Numbered from the stretch's first letter, positions 26,852-37,728 are shown. The stretch is DNA of 45,803 nucleotides from Pseudomonadales bacterium (GCA_041589295.1 JBFHVZ010000001.1:1-45803); one strand, 5' to 3'. The notes: a model not told the origin generated them from the letters alone. Translations and numbers: made by a program.

Positions 26852-28192
26852 CTAACCAATTAAGGCTTTATTGATGGCCGGTCGTAACTTGAACAGAAGC
26901 CAAAGCGCCCGCGCAATTAAGAAACCGTAAAACGCTAACCAAAGTCCGTGATAGAGCCAATCTTGGCTAAGCCACCAGACAGGGAAGAACACCAAAAGCA
27001 CAGCTACTAGCAGGCTATTGCGCATAGTGCGCCCATCGGCCAAACCCACGAAGACGCCGTCCAACCAGTAGCTGGCAAATCCAGCCAAAGGTAAACCGAT
27101 CAACCAAGGGGTAAGTTGAGCCAGCAATTCCAGCACGTCATCCTGTGATGTCAGTAGGCGCAAAATAGGGCCATGACCTAACCATAGAATGCACGCAAAG
27201 AGCACAGCGGTTGCCAGTGACCACTGACCGCTCATTACGATGGCACGATGAAGGTGTAAGCGATTACCTGCGCCACAGGCGCGGCCCACCAGTGACTCGG
27301 CGGCCACAGCAAAGCCATCTAATGCGTTAGAAACAAACAATAAGAGGTTAAGCAAAATAGCATTCGCACTGAGCAAGGCTGCCGAATGTTGGGCTCCTTG
27401 GCTCATAAAAAACGCCAAGGTAAATAACAACAAAACAGTGCGCAGGAATAAATTGAAATTCAGGTCGAGCAAACGCGCGGATAGCCGACGCCACTGTGTC
27501 CATTGAGGGGTTAGTGCCATGGCAGTCTGTTTAAAAACATGGTGCCAAACAAATGTTAAGGCAGCCAAAAGCTGGAGATACTCGACCAGAACCGAAGCCC
27601 AAGCTACACCGGCACTGCCTAAATCTAGGTAATAAACAAAACCGTAATTGAGAACCGCGTTTAAGGTGTTGGCGCTGACTAATAAAATGAGCGGGATGCG
27701 GGTATTGCCCATGCCGATAAACACACCCAGCAGGCAGTAGTTCATGAGCGTGGCGGGTGCTGCATAAAAACGGATGCTGAGATACTCATTGGCTAGGGGT
27801 GTGACATCTTGCACGGCGTCCACCGCCCAGATCATCAGGCCAATAAGCCACGGGCTAAGCAACAACAGCAAGCCGCCAAGACATAGGGCCAAGGTCGACG
27901 AGACTTGGGTGATCGTGACAATGTCGGCTTGGTTCTGACGCCCCAACGCTTGTGCAATCAATGCCGTGGTGCCCATGCGTAAGAAGCCAAAGCTCCACAG
28001 AACAAAGGTAAACAGGCTGGCGCCCATGGCAACCGCTGCGAGGTAATTTGGATTTTCGAGGTGGCCCAAAATGGCCGTGTCCACCAAGCCTAAAAGCGGT
28101 ACCGAAATATTGGAAAGCATGATGGGCCACGCGAGTTGCCAAATGTGCGCGTGACGCAGAGAGTTTGTGTTAATGTGCCCGCATTCCTGCAA
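26852..28192 (-). CDS. dinF: MATE-family efflux transporter (DinF subfamily); start uncertain
   Basis: LAWPIMLSNISVPLLGLVDTAILGHL, FGFLRMGTT, LDGFAVAAE; about 12 TMs. Confidence 0.88.
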   Translation of the reverse strand: MQECGHINTNSLRHAHIWQLAWPIMLSNISVPLLGLVDTAILGHLENPNYLAAVAMGASLFTFVLWSFGFLRMGTTALIAQALGRQNQADIVTITQVSSTLALCLGGLLLLLSPWLIGLMIWAVDAVQDVTPLANEYLSIRFYAAPATLMNYCLLGVFIGMGNTRIPLILLVSANTLNAVLNYGFVYYLDLGSAGVAWASVLVEYLQLLAALTFVWHHVFKQTAMALTPQWTQWRRLSARLLDLNFNLFLRTVLLLFTLAFFMSQGAQHSAALLSANAILLNLLLFVSNALDGFAVAAESLVGRACGAGNRLHLHRAIVMSGQWSLATAVLFACILWLGHGPILRLLTSQDDVLELLAQLTPWLIGLPLAGFASYWLDGVFVGLADGRTMRNSLLVAVLLVFFPVWWLSQDWLYHGLWLAFYGFLIARALWLLFKLRPAINKALIG

Positions 28193-28213
28193 ATAAAAAT
28201 CAGAGACAGAGTC

Positions 28214-28810
28214 ATGAAAAAGGTCTTCCGTGCCCTGCGCCCTTTGTGTATGTCCGCCGTGCTGGTTGTTGCAGCTGGGTGGCTGTCGGCCTGTTCAACA
28301 GACACGCCCCCTCAAGGGTATCAGCCATTGCCCCAGCCGTTGGCGCTACCTGAATTCGAATTATATGATCAAGCAGGTGAGACCGTCACCGCCGAGCGTT
28401 TTCAAGGACGCTGGACGGTTTTGTTTTATGGTTTTACCTACTGTCCTGATGTCTGCCCAACGGTTTTGGGTGAGCTTAATCGCGTCGCAGGGCGCTTGGG
28501 TGAGCAGTCCCCTGCCATTGTCTTGGTCAGTGTCGACCCCGAACGGGATACACCGCAGCAGTTAAAGCAATACATAGAGTATTTTAATCCGGCGTTTCAA
28601 GCGTGGAGCGGACAGTTGCCGCAGATCTCTAAACTGGCTAAGCACACACATATCTTTTTTGAGAAGCAGCCCTTGGGCGACAGTTACACCATGGACCACA
28701 GTTCGCAGCTGGTGTTCATCAATCCAAAAGGCCAATACGTTGGCTTCTTCCCACCGCCACACAAGGCTGACGTACTGGCGACAGCGTTACGCCAGTTGAT
28801 GGGCCTCTAG
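28214..28810 (+). CDS. SCO1/SenC-family copper chaperone lipoprotein
   Basis: Lipobox LSAC; GFTYCPDVCP; SVDPERDT; MDHSS. Confidence 0.92.
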   Translation: MKKVFRALRPLCMSAVLVVAAGWLSACSTDTPPQGYQPLPQPLALPEFELYDQAGETVTAERFQGRWTVLFYGFTYCPDVCPTVLGELNRVAGRLGEQSPAIVLVSVDPERDTPQQLKQYIEYFNPAFQAWSGQLPQISKLAKHTHIFFEKQPLGDSYTMDHSSQLVFINPKGQYVGFFPPPHKADVLATALRQLMGL

Positions 28811-29779
28811 CCAAAAGACGCCCACGAGTTGCTCGTCATCGGTCCAAAAATGTTTTGCTAAAAAACCCGCTTGGCGAGCGTCATTTAAAAATTGATCGGG
28901 CCGAAACGTGTAAGCGCGTTTAGTTAGAATGGCCTCGCCCGCTTTAAGATAAACCCGTTCTGCAAAAACTGACGCGACCTGATCAAGCTGGCTGACTAAT
29001 GTCATGTCGATGCACTGTTCGTGGGAATTAAACTGCGCGCAATGTCGAAAGTGATCCGTATTAAGGCTGCCACTACCTAGTTGATTTAAGTGATGCAATG
29101 CGTTCAGGTTGAGACGCGCAGTGGCTCCCGCGGCGTCATTGTAGGCTTGCTCCACTATCGGGGTGTCTTTGTCTAAATCCAATGCAATCAGCAACGCGCC
29201 ATCATCGCCAACCGTCGTGCGTATGTTTTGCAAAAAGGCTTGCGCTTCGCTGGGGGCAAAAAGTCCAAGTGTGGAACCGGGTAAAAACGCGATGCGCTTT
29301 GCGTGGGGATTTAATCGCTGTGGCAGTCGTGTTTGGTGGCGAAAGTCGAGGCAGGTGGCGTGAATTTCTAACCAAGGAAAGGCTTGTCGCAACGCAATGG
29401 CGCAATCGTATAAACCATCTTTGCTGATGGCCATGGGGACATAGGCCTTGGGTTTGATAGCGTCCAGCAGCACACGAGTGCGTGCATGGATGCCACCACC
29501 ATATTCAATAACAATGCTGTGTTCGCCAGCTTCGTTTACCAGTTGTTCGCTGTGCTTGCTCAGGAGTGCCCGTTCGGTGCGCTCGAAATAATACTCTGGC
29601 TGCGCTTCCCGTTCCTGCTGCAAGGCTAGACCGACTTCATCATACAAATACTGAACTGGGATGCGTTTAGGCGACTGTTTTAGACCGCTTAAAATTTCTT
29701 CGCGCTGCGTTCTACTGGGCTGAGAGTAATCGTAGAAATAAACACCGGCGGTGGATGCCGTATCAGATAGGGTGCTCAT
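28787..29779 (-). CDS. EgtD-like (Methyltransf_33) protein with degenerate active site
   Basis: YLYDEVG, PEYY.RTE, FLPGSTLG, DLDKD...AYNDAAG are EgtD-fold motifs, but key residues are changed. Confidence 0.75.
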   Translation of the reverse strand: MSTLSDTASTAGVYFYDYSQPSRTQREEILSGLKQSPKRIPVQYLYDEVGLALQQEREAQPEYYFERTERALLSKHSEQLVNEAGEHSIVIEYGGGIHARTRVLLDAIKPKAYVPMAISKDGLYDCAIALRQAFPWLEIHATCLDFRHQTRLPQRLNPHAKRIAFLPGSTLGLFAPSEAQAFLQNIRTTVGDDGALLIALDLDKDTPIVEQAYNDAAGATARLNLNALHHLNQLGSGSLNTDHFRHCAQFNSHEQCIDMTLVSQLDQVASVFAERVYLKAGEAILTKRAYTFRPDQFLNDARQAGFLAKHFWTDDEQLVGVFWLEAHQLA

Positions 29780-29952
29780 GTCTTGCCGTCCTTTTTTTTC
29801 AGCCTATTCCGTTGAACCAAACAACACTTTAAACAGGCTGTCGTGTCGTCCGTACCCAAGCATTGCTCGCTTTGGACGACTGACTATAGAGCATGAAACA
29901 TGAAACACCAGTGACATAGCGTCAGCGGTGATTGACCTCGCTCAAGTAAACC

Positions 29953-30816
29953 TTAATGGGTTTGGTTAAACGACAAGCATGAGACGAAGGCGTCGGTTAA
30001 GCCTTTATAGAAATCCAAAAAGGTTTGTTGCGGTAAACGGTACTGACCACCGATAGGGTCGATTTGCACCAACGGAATGGACAAACCCTGAGTGAGCTTG
30101 CGCACAATGGGGGACGAAAACTGAGGTTCGGTAAACAAACAGCTCACCGCTTGGGTTTCTAAAATTTCACGTACCTCTAACAAATGACGACTTCCCACCG
30201 GATGATCCGGATCGGTGGTCACACTGGCCAATTGCTTCAAACCGAAGAATTTCACCCAGTGACTGAATGCATCGTGGTAGACCACAAACCCTTTGTCTTT
30301 AAAGGGGGCAAAAGTCCGTCGACTTTGATCTTGCCAGTTTTCCAGCGCGGATAAAAACGCCTTGGGCTCGGGTAGTTGAAGTGCGTTCTGAACCTGTTTA
30401 AGAATGCCAGCAATGCGTTGCGGTGCCAGCCAGATATGTGGGTCGTCGTGGTGATCGGCATGGGGAAGCAAGGCCAAGTGATGGGTTTGGCTGCTCAGTA
30501 CCTTATGCAAATATGGCTCAAGCTCAGGCCCTAGCCATAGCAAAAACGGTGTTTGCTCAATGGCTCGACGGTCACTGGGTTTTAGGCTGAAATCATGGGG
30601 TGATTGATTGGCGGGTACCAGATGCTGTGCGTTAAGGTGTTGTGGCCAAGCGCTGTTCAGCAGTAAGGCCAAGGGGTAAATACTGGTCATCACCTGTTGG
30701 GCTGGTGTGGTTTTCGTGGGCGCAGTTGATGCCTCGCTGGCACTGCTCGTCAGGCTGTACAAAGAGAGGGATACAAGCCAAGCGAAGATAAAGATACGGT
30801 TAACGATGGGTTTCAT
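29953..30816 (-). CDS. znuA: Zinc ABC transporter substrate-binding protein
   Basis: SPHDFSLKPSD, WLGPELE, DPHIWL, YHDAF, CLFTEPQF; divergent from znuCB. Confidence 0.88.
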   Translation of the reverse strand: MKPIVNRIFIFAWLVSLSLYSLTSSASEASTAPTKTTPAQQVMTSIYPLALLLNSAWPQHLNAQHLVPANQSPHDFSLKPSDRRAIEQTPFLLWLGPELEPYLHKVLSSQTHHLALLPHADHHDDPHIWLAPQRIAGILKQVQNALQLPEPKAFLSALENWQDQSRRTFAPFKDKGFVVYHDAFSHWVKFFGLKQLASVTTDPDHPVGSRHLLEVREILETQAVSCLFTEPQFSSPIVRKLTQGLSIPLVQIDPIGGQYRLPQQTFLDFYKGLTDAFVSCLSFNQTH

Positions 30817-30848
30817 ACTGCGAGTCTTAGGGGAAAATCTAGAAACTG

Positions 30849-30866
30849 AGTGCTATATGATACACT
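30849..30866. promoter_or_regulatory. Zur-box-like site
   Basis: AGTGCTATATGATACACT resembles TGTTATAnnATAACA and lies between znuA and znuC. Confidence 0.55.
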
Positions 30867-30923
30867 AGCGCGCTTGCCTTATCTGTCCATTCCTTAAAAC
30901 GCTTTCGAGTTCTTTGCCTGTAA

Positions 30924-31733
30924 ATGAACGATTACCTACTGCAGCTTCGCAATGCCAGCTATGCCCATCAGGGGCGCACCCTGCTGTCTGGCATTAATTT
31001 GGATGTCAACGCGGGGGAAATCATTACCTTGATTGGTCCAAACGGTGCGGGCAAAAGTACCCTGTTGAAAATGGCGTTGGGCCTATTGCCCATGACCGAG
31101 GGCCAGCGCATCAGCCGTCCTGATTTACGTATCGGCTACATGCCCCAACACATGCACATCCCTGAAACTCTGCCGCTGACCCTGAAAGACTTTCTATCGT
31201 TGGCCAAGGGCTTTCAAGCCAGTCAGCTCGATCGTGTATGCCAGCGTTTGAGCATCAGCGGATTATTGAGTCGTCCCATGCAGCGCTTATCCGGCGGCGA
31301 ACTGCAACGTGCCTTGTTAGCTCGGGCGTTGTTGTCGTCACCCCAGTTATTGGTATTGGATGAGCCGGTGCAAGGTTTGGATGTGACAGGTCAATCTGAG
31401 TTGTATGCATTGATTGCACAACTGAAAGACGAATTAAATTGCGGCGTGCTCATGGTCAGTCACGATTTGCATTTGGTCATGGCGGCCACCGACCGTGTGA
31501 TTTGTTTGAACGGCCATATCTGTTGTGAGGGTCATCCGCAATCGGTGCAGCAAGATCCAAGTTACTTGCAGCTATTTGGAAAAAGCGTGCCTGCGCACTT
31601 GGTGCCGTACACCCACCATCACGATCACACCCACGAAGACGGCTGTGATCACACCCATGAGCACGACCATCAACATGGCCACGACAATCACAAACATGGT
31701 GGTGAACAAGCCGATTCAGGAGAACGCCTATGA
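30924..31733 (+). CDS. znuC: Zinc ABC transporter ATPase
   Basis: GPNGAGKST, LSGGE, SHDLHLVM, HICCEGHP; His-rich tail. Confidence 0.93.
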   Translation: MNDYLLQLRNASYAHQGRTLLSGINLDVNAGEIITLIGPNGAGKSTLLKMALGLLPMTEGQRISRPDLRIGYMPQHMHIPETLPLTLKDFLSLAKGFQASQLDRVCQRLSISGLLSRPMQRLSGGELQRALLARALLSSPQLLVLDEPVQGLDVTGQSELYALIAQLKDELNCGVLMVSHDLHLVMAATDRVICLNGHICCEGHPQSVQQDPSYLQLFGKSVPAHLVPYTHHHDHTHEDGCDHTHEHDHQHGHDNHKHGGEQADSGERL

Positions 31734-32527
31734 TGTGGTTATTGGATGCCCTGCTAGCAGGTTGGCTGTTGTCATTGATGAGTGGCCCCTTGGGCAGCTT
31801 TATCGTATGGCGTCGCATGGCCTACTTTGGTGACACACTGGCGCACTCGGCATTGTTAGGTGTGACCTTGGGTTTGTTACTCGACGTGAATTTGAATGTG
31901 GCCATTGTCTTGTGCGCTGTATTTATCGCGCTTATTTTGGCGAGCCTACAGCGTCAACACTTTATTCCCAGTGACACCTTACTGGGTTTAATGGCACACA
32001 CCACGTTGGCCGCCGGTCTGGTTACGCTCAGTTTGGTGGAAAACGTACGTATTGATATTAACGGCTATTTGTTTGGGGATTTATTGGCGGTGAATCGCGA
32101 TGACCTCATCATGATGGCCGTGGGTGCTGCCGTGGTGTTGGTGATTTTAAGTCGCATGTGGAAGGGCTTGTTAGCCGCAACGGTTAGCGAAGAGTTGGCG
32201 CAAGTGGAAGGCTATCCCGTGGCACGATTGCGTTTATTGTTCATGGTGTTGTTGGCAGTAGTGATCGCGGGTGCCATGAAGTTAGTGGGCGTGTTGTTGA
32301 TAACCGCCATGTTGATTATCCCTGCAGCGGCAGCGCGGCCGTTTAGTGAAGGTCCGAAAAAAATGGCGCTGCTGGCAACTGTGTTAAGTATGGTGGCGGT
32401 GCTGGCTGGTTTAACCTTGTCTTATCAGTTTGATACACCGGCTGGTCCCAGCATTGTTTTGACGTGCGCCTTGCTGTTTGTGCTAAGTCAGTTGGGTAGT
32501 AAATGGTTTGTGCCGAAAGCAGAGTAA
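31730..32527 (+). CDS. znuB: Zinc ABC transporter permease
   Basis: WRRMAYFGDTLAHSALLG, YLFGDLL; ATGA overlap with znuC. Confidence 0.93.
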   Translation: MMWLLDALLAGWLLSLMSGPLGSFIVWRRMAYFGDTLAHSALLGVTLGLLLDVNLNVAIVLCAVFIALILASLQRQHFIPSDTLLGLMAHTTLAAGLVTLSLVENVRIDINGYLFGDLLAVNRDDLIMMAVGAAVVLVILSRMWKGLLAATVSEELAQVEGYPVARLRLLFMVLLAVVIAGAMKLVGVLLITAMLIIPAAAARPFSEGPKKMALLATVLSMVAVLAGLTLSYQFDTPAGPSIVLTCALLFVLSQLGSKWFVPKAE

Positions 32528-32584
32528 GTCGAGAGCCAATTAAAACCTTTTTTAAAAAGGTTTTGAAAGAGAACAACGCGCAAT

Positions 32585-32624
32585 AAAAAACGGGTGTCGG
32601 TATTAACGACACCCGTTTTTTTTT
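32585..32624. terminator. Bidirectional rho-independent terminator
   Basis: A6-CGGGTGTCG...CGACACCCG-T9. Confidence 0.88.
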
Positions 32625-32668
32625 GGAATCTACGTCTAGCGGTTTTGACGTGGTGCTTTTTGACTGCG

Positions 32669-33271
32669 TTACGCTTTATCTGACAGCAAGGTTTTGCTTA
32701 CAAATTGCCATTGTTCAGGCCAGTGGGTCAGTGGGCTGTTTTCAAACTCGGTGCGCACGTATTGGCGGATTCGGCCTTCAACTAACGCGAGTAATAAATT
32801 GGCAGCCGCAGATTCACTAATGGATGGCACTTTATTTTCGCGGATTTCTGCTTCACGCAAAATCTGTTTGAACTGAGTTTCTAAGCGCTCAAAAAATTGT
32901 GCAATGCGCGCGCGCAAACGTTCAGTTTCGCCACTGAGTGCGTCCCCAGTTAGCAAACGACACATGCCTGGGTTTTTATCCGCAAAGGTTAAAATCAGCG
33001 TCATTGATTGTTCGCAACGGGCTAGGGTTTCACCGTGCTCGCTGCGAATGCGATTGATGCGGGTGAAGATGGTGGCTTCGATAAATTCGATTAAGCCTTC
33101 AAACATTTTCGCCTTACTTGGAAAGTGGCGATACAGTGCGGCTTCGCTCACACCCACTTCTTTCGCAAGATTGGATGTGGTGATGCGCGCGCCTGGATTC
33201 ACTTCCAACATGTGGGCAAGTGCTTGCAGGATTTGCTGTTTGCGAGAAACTTTAGATTCGCGTTCCGTCAT
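32669..33271 (-). CDS. slmA: Nucleoid occlusion factor SlmA (TetR family)
   Basis: RKQQILQALA, ITT..LAKEVGVSEAALYRHFPSKAKMFEGLIEFIE. Confidence 0.93.
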   Translation of the reverse strand: MTERESKVSRKQQILQALAHMLEVNPGARITTSNLAKEVGVSEAALYRHFPSKAKMFEGLIEFIEATIFTRINRIRSEHGETLARCEQSMTLILTFADKNPGMCRLLTGDALSGETERLRARIAQFFERLETQFKQILREAEIRENKVPSISESAAANLLLALVEGRIRQYVRTEFENSPLTHWPEQWQFVSKTLLSDKA

Positions 33272-33432
33272 ACTGAAAATTCGACTGGACTCGACCGGCA
33301 GAAAGGCAGACATCCTAATCGGAACTGCCGAAAGCTGCAATGTTAATGGGGATTTTTAACGGGGTAATTCTTTGAATTAGGAACTGGGTCATAGTCGCCC
33401 AAGTCGTTCCCTTGGCTCACTCAGGCGTAAAC

Positions 33433-33465
33433 AAAAAAGCCGAAGCTAATGTCTTCGGCTTTTTT
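33433..33465 (-). terminator. Rho-independent terminator after argB
   Basis: A6-GCCGAAG...CTTCGGC-T6. Confidence 0.8.
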
Positions 33466-33509
33466 GTTTTACTAAGCAGATTTATGGGTTTTTTAACCTG
33501 CTTTAGACG

Positions 33510-34442
<933 letters not shown>

Positions 34443-34532
34443 TTAAATGGTGGACAGTAAAGTGCAAGATTATACAGGCTGCAACCTAGCACGTCTTGTG
34501 GCGGATCAAGCCCGCCCAAATGACATCCCAGA

Positions 34533-35927
34533 CTAGAACGCTATGGGTAGGTCAGGCACCAGACGTTGCAGCTCGGCTTTGACGCTTTGTTGAATGTGGT
34601 CCAACACGGTTTGGTTGTCTGCTTCGAAGCGCACCGTCAAACAAGGTGTGGTATTGCTGGCGCGTACCAAGGCCCAACCCAAGCCCTGTTCGTGTTCAAA
34701 CAAAATGCGCAGGCCATCGACGGTGTGCACTGGGTATTCTTTAAAGCCGTCGGCGCTGATGATTTTCATGGTGTGGAATTTGGCTTTTTCGTCCACGGGC
34801 AGTTGAATTTCGGGGGTGGAAATCGGCTGCGGGAATTGCGCCAGTCGTTGGCTTAGGGATTCTGGTTGTGCCCCCAAGAGCGCTAGTAAGCGCAGCCCAG
34901 CATAGATGCCATCGTCCACGCCTAAGCCTAGCGTGTCGTTAAACAGAATGTGGCCGCTCAGTTCGGTGGCAAATGCTGCGTTGGTTTCTTTGATGGCCTT
35001 TTTCATGGTGCTGTGACCAGTGGCGATCATGCGACCTTGTCCGCCCCATTGACGAATAAACTGCGGCAGCAGTTCGGTGCATTTCACATCGTACAAGCAG
35101 GTGGCGTCTGGATGACGTTGCAAGATGTCCTGTATGAACAGCAGAGACAAGCGGTCGGGTAAAATGGCTTGGCCTTGGTCGTCAATGACGCCTATGCGGT
35201 CGGCGTCGCCGTCTAGGGCGATGCCCACGTCTGCTTGGTGTGTCAGCACAGCGTCCCGCAAGTGGGTTAGATTTTCGAGCTTGGCAGGGTCTGGGTGATG
35301 CAGTGGAAAGTCGCCGTCGATGACGCAGGCCACTGGAATGACCTCACACCCCAGACCTTCAAACAAGCTCAACGCCAAAGGGCCACCGATGCCATTACCT
35401 GCGTCTAACACCACTTTTAGTGGGCGTTTCACTTCAAGCCCCTGCAATGCACGACGCGCGTAGTGATCGACCACTTCGGGCACTTGGCTCACTTGCCCTT
35501 GACCTTGACCTTCTTTAAACAGGTTTAACTGAATGCGGGACAGCAGCACCTGAATGTCTTCGCCGCTGCGCGCTTTTCCGGCCACTGCCATTTTGATGCC
35601 GTTGTCTTGTTTAGGGTTGTGGCTGCCAGTGATGATGGCGCAGCTGAGGGCTTGTTCTTTGATGACCCAAAAAGCCACCGCGGTGGGGGCAGGGCCAATT
35701 TCCAGAATGTCGCAGCCTGTGGATAACACACCACGACTAAACGTGTCTTTCAGTGCAGGACTAGAATGACGACCATCCCAAGCCAGATAGCATTGCTGCT
35801 GACCGGCCAAGCGCACTTCGCTGCCAAACGCCTTGCCGATTAACTCGGCACTGCGTTCGTCCAGTGCGCTTGGGTATTCGCCGCGAATGTCATACTCGCG
35901 AAAAATGCTTGGGTTTACGTCCAGCAT
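34533..35927 (-). CDS. algC: Phosphomannomutase/phosphoglucomutase
   Basis: FREYDIRG, ITGSHNP, DGDADR, ELSGH, VRASNT; dut-algC-argB order. Confidence 0.88.
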   Translation of the reverse strand: MLDVNPSIFREYDIRGEYPSALDERSAELIGKAFGSEVRLAGQQQCYLAWDGRHSSPALKDTFSRGVLSTGCDILEIGPAPTAVAFWVIKEQALSCAIITGSHNPKQDNGIKMAVAGKARSGEDIQVLLSRIQLNLFKEGQGQGQVSQVPEVVDHYARRALQGLEVKRPLKVVLDAGNGIGGPLALSLFEGLGCEVIPVACVIDGDFPLHHPDPAKLENLTHLRDAVLTHQADVGIALDGDADRIGVIDDQGQAILPDRLSLLFIQDILQRHPDATCLYDVKCTELLPQFIRQWGGQGRMIATGHSTMKKAIKETNAAFATELSGHILFNDTLGLGVDDGIYAGLRLLALLGAQPESLSQRLAQFPQPISTPEIQLPVDEKAKFHTMKIISADGFKEYPVHTVDGLRILFEHEQGLGWALVRASNTTPCLTVRFEADNQTVLDHIQQSVKAELQRLVPDLPIAF

Positions 35928-36030
35928 GATGTCCTGATCTTTGGGTTGGCCGGTTTAGCTAATGATTGTCTGGCAAGGCGTGGCAACAAGCCAACGCGCA
36001 AGCAGGCGGACAAAAGCGCCTTTCTGGCCA

Positions 36031-36489
36031 TTATTTCGTGCCGGTAGAACCAAATCCGCCCTCACCACGTTCGGTTTCAGTAAAGGCTTCAACCAGATCA
36101 AACTCGGCTTGCACCACAGGTACGATGACCATTTGCGCGATGCGCTCGCCCACTTCCATGGTGAATGGCTCGTGGCCACGGTTCCAACAAGACACCATGA
36201 GTTCGCCTTGGTAATCGCTGTCGATTAAACCGACCAAGTTGCCCAGTACAATGCCGTGCTTATGGCCCAAACCGCTGCGCGGCAGGATCATGGCTGCTAA
36301 GGCAGGGTCTTCGATGTAGACCGCCATGCCAGTGGGAATCAGTTTGGTTTGGCCCGGCTCAATGGTGATGGCACTTTCAAGACACGCGCGCAGGTCTAAG
36401 CCAGCGCTGCCTTCGGTGCCGTAGTGCGGCATGGGGATTTCGTTGCCTAGGCGGTTATCAAGAAGTTTGACCTGAAAACGTTTTTTCAT
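36031..36489 (-). CDS. dut: dUTPase
   Basis: [30 protein letters not shown]. Confidence 0.97.
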   Translation of the reverse strand: MKKRFQVKLLDNRLGNEIPMPHYGTEGSAGLDLRACLESAITIEPGQTKLIPTGMAVYIEDPALAAMILPRSGLGHKHGIVLGNLVGLIDSDYQGELMVSCWNRGHEPFTMEVGERIAQMVIVPVVQAEFDLVEAFTETERGEGGFGSTGTK

Positions 36490-36519
36490 ACTGTGCTCGT
36501 GTTCGGATACGTTCAAAAG

Positions 36520-37728
36520 TTATTGGGCGTTCAAGCGTTTGGCTATTTCGGCAATGATGTCACGGCTGACCTGCGCCTTGCTCGCTTGTGGTAATTCAAT
36601 TTGCTCGTCACGGCCGACAAGCGTGACGTGATTTTCATCGCTGTTAAATCCAATGTCTGTACGACTAACGTCATTGGCGATGACTAAATTCAGTTTTTTC
36701 TTTTCCAGCTTGCCTTGTGCGTACTCAATGACATTCTGAGTTTCGGCGGCAAAGCCCACGGTAAAGGGTTTGTTCGGTTGCGCGGCTACGGTGGCAATGA
36801 TGTCTGGGTTTTTTACTAAATAAATGTGCATGGCGTCATCATGCTTTTTGATTTTTTGCTCGGCGCGGTTTTCGGGGCGGTAGTCCGCCACAGCGGCGGC
36901 GCCAATGAAAACATCCACTTCATTCAAGCGCGACATCACAGCATTAAGCATGTCGTCGGCACTGGTGACGGACACACGGGTTAAGCGCTCTGGTGTGGCT
37001 AGACTCACGGGGCCGCTAACTAAGATGACTTTGGCGCCAGCGTCACGCGCGGCTTCTGCCAAGGCATAACCCATCTTGCCGCTGCTGTGGTTGCTGATGT
37101 AACGCACAGGATCGATGGCTTCGCGGGTAGGGCCAGCGGTGATCATCACGGTTTTGCCGCTAAGGCTGCCCGCTTTAAAGGATTCGGCCAGCAGTTGGGC
37201 TAAGGCTTGCGGTTCTAACATGCGTCCAGGACCCACGTCACCGCAGGCTTGTTCGCCTTGGTCTGGGCCCCAAATACTGAGGGTGTTGGGTTTTAATTTG
37301 AGCAGCTTTTCAAGGTTAGCTTGCGTGGTTTCGTCGGCCCACATGGCTTGGTTCATGGCCGGTGCCAAACTGATGGGTGCGGTAGTGGCCAAACACAGGG
37401 TGCTGAGTAAATCACTGCCCATGCCCGCGGCAAAACGGGCAATGAAATTGGCGCTGGCCGGTGCCACTAAAATGCGGTCGGCCCACTTGGCCAGTTCGAT
37501 ATGACCCATACCGGCTTCGGCTTCTGGGTCTAACAGGCTGTGGTGCACCGGATTACCGGACAAGGCTTGCAGCGTCAGCGGGGTAATAAATTCTTTCGCG
37601 CCTTGGGTCATCACCACGCGTACGTCAGCACCGGCGGTTTTCAAAGCGCGGACTAATTCTGCGCTTTTATAGGCAGCGATGCCGCCGGTAATCCCCAGTA
37701 ATATGCGTTTGTTGGTGAGTCTGTGCAT
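36520..37728 (-). CDS. coaBC: Bifunctional phosphopantothenoylcysteine decarboxylase/synthetase
   Basis: GGIAAYK, HIELAKWAD, PAMN, TAGPTREAIDPVRYISNHSSGKMG. Confidence 0.97.
   Translation of the reverse strand: MHRLTNKRILLGITGGIAAYKSAELVRALKTAGADVRVVMTQGAKEFITPLTLQALSGNPVHHSLLDPEAEAGMGHIELAKWADRILVAPASANFIARFAAGMGSDLLSTLCLATTAPISLAPAMNQAMWADETTQANLEKLLKLKPNTLSIWGPDQGEQACGDVGPGRMLEPQALAQLLAESFKAGSLSGKTVMITAGPTREAIDPVRYISNHSSGKMGYALAEAARDAGAKVILVSGPVSLATPERLTRVSVTSADDMLNAVMSRLNEVDVFIGAAAVADYRPENRAEQKIKKHDDAMHIYLVKNPDIIATVAAQPNKPFTVGFAAETQNVIEYAQGKLEKKKLNLVIANDVSRTDIGFNSDENHVTLVGRDEQIELPQASKAQVSRDIIAEIAKRLNAQ

Noticed and set aside
28120-28260. LexA SOS box for dinF (also checked upstream of radC and the ligase)
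   Set aside because: No CTGT-N8-ACAG seen; the dinD promoter lies outside the window.
28787-29779. Functional ergothioneine biosynthesis (egtD)
   Set aside because: Key residues are replaced and no egtB or egtC is adjacent, so no gene symbol was assigned.
29892-29908. parS-like site (CATGAAACATGAAACAC)
   Set aside because: A direct 7-nt duplication, not the TGTTTCACGTGAAACA palindrome.
32542-32564. AT-rich palindrome AAAACCTTTT/AAAAGGTTTT after znuB
   Set aside because: Low complexity and next to a clear terminator; no function can be supported.
32904-33359. 151-aa ORF antisense to slmA, and the many other 60-130-aa antisense or nested ORFs in the track
   Set aside because: Shadow frames of well-supported genes, with no RBS or motifs.
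35718-35726. Perfect DnaA box in algC as an oriC indicator
   Set aside because: Isolated, within chance expectation, and no dnaA/gidA context or unwinding element.
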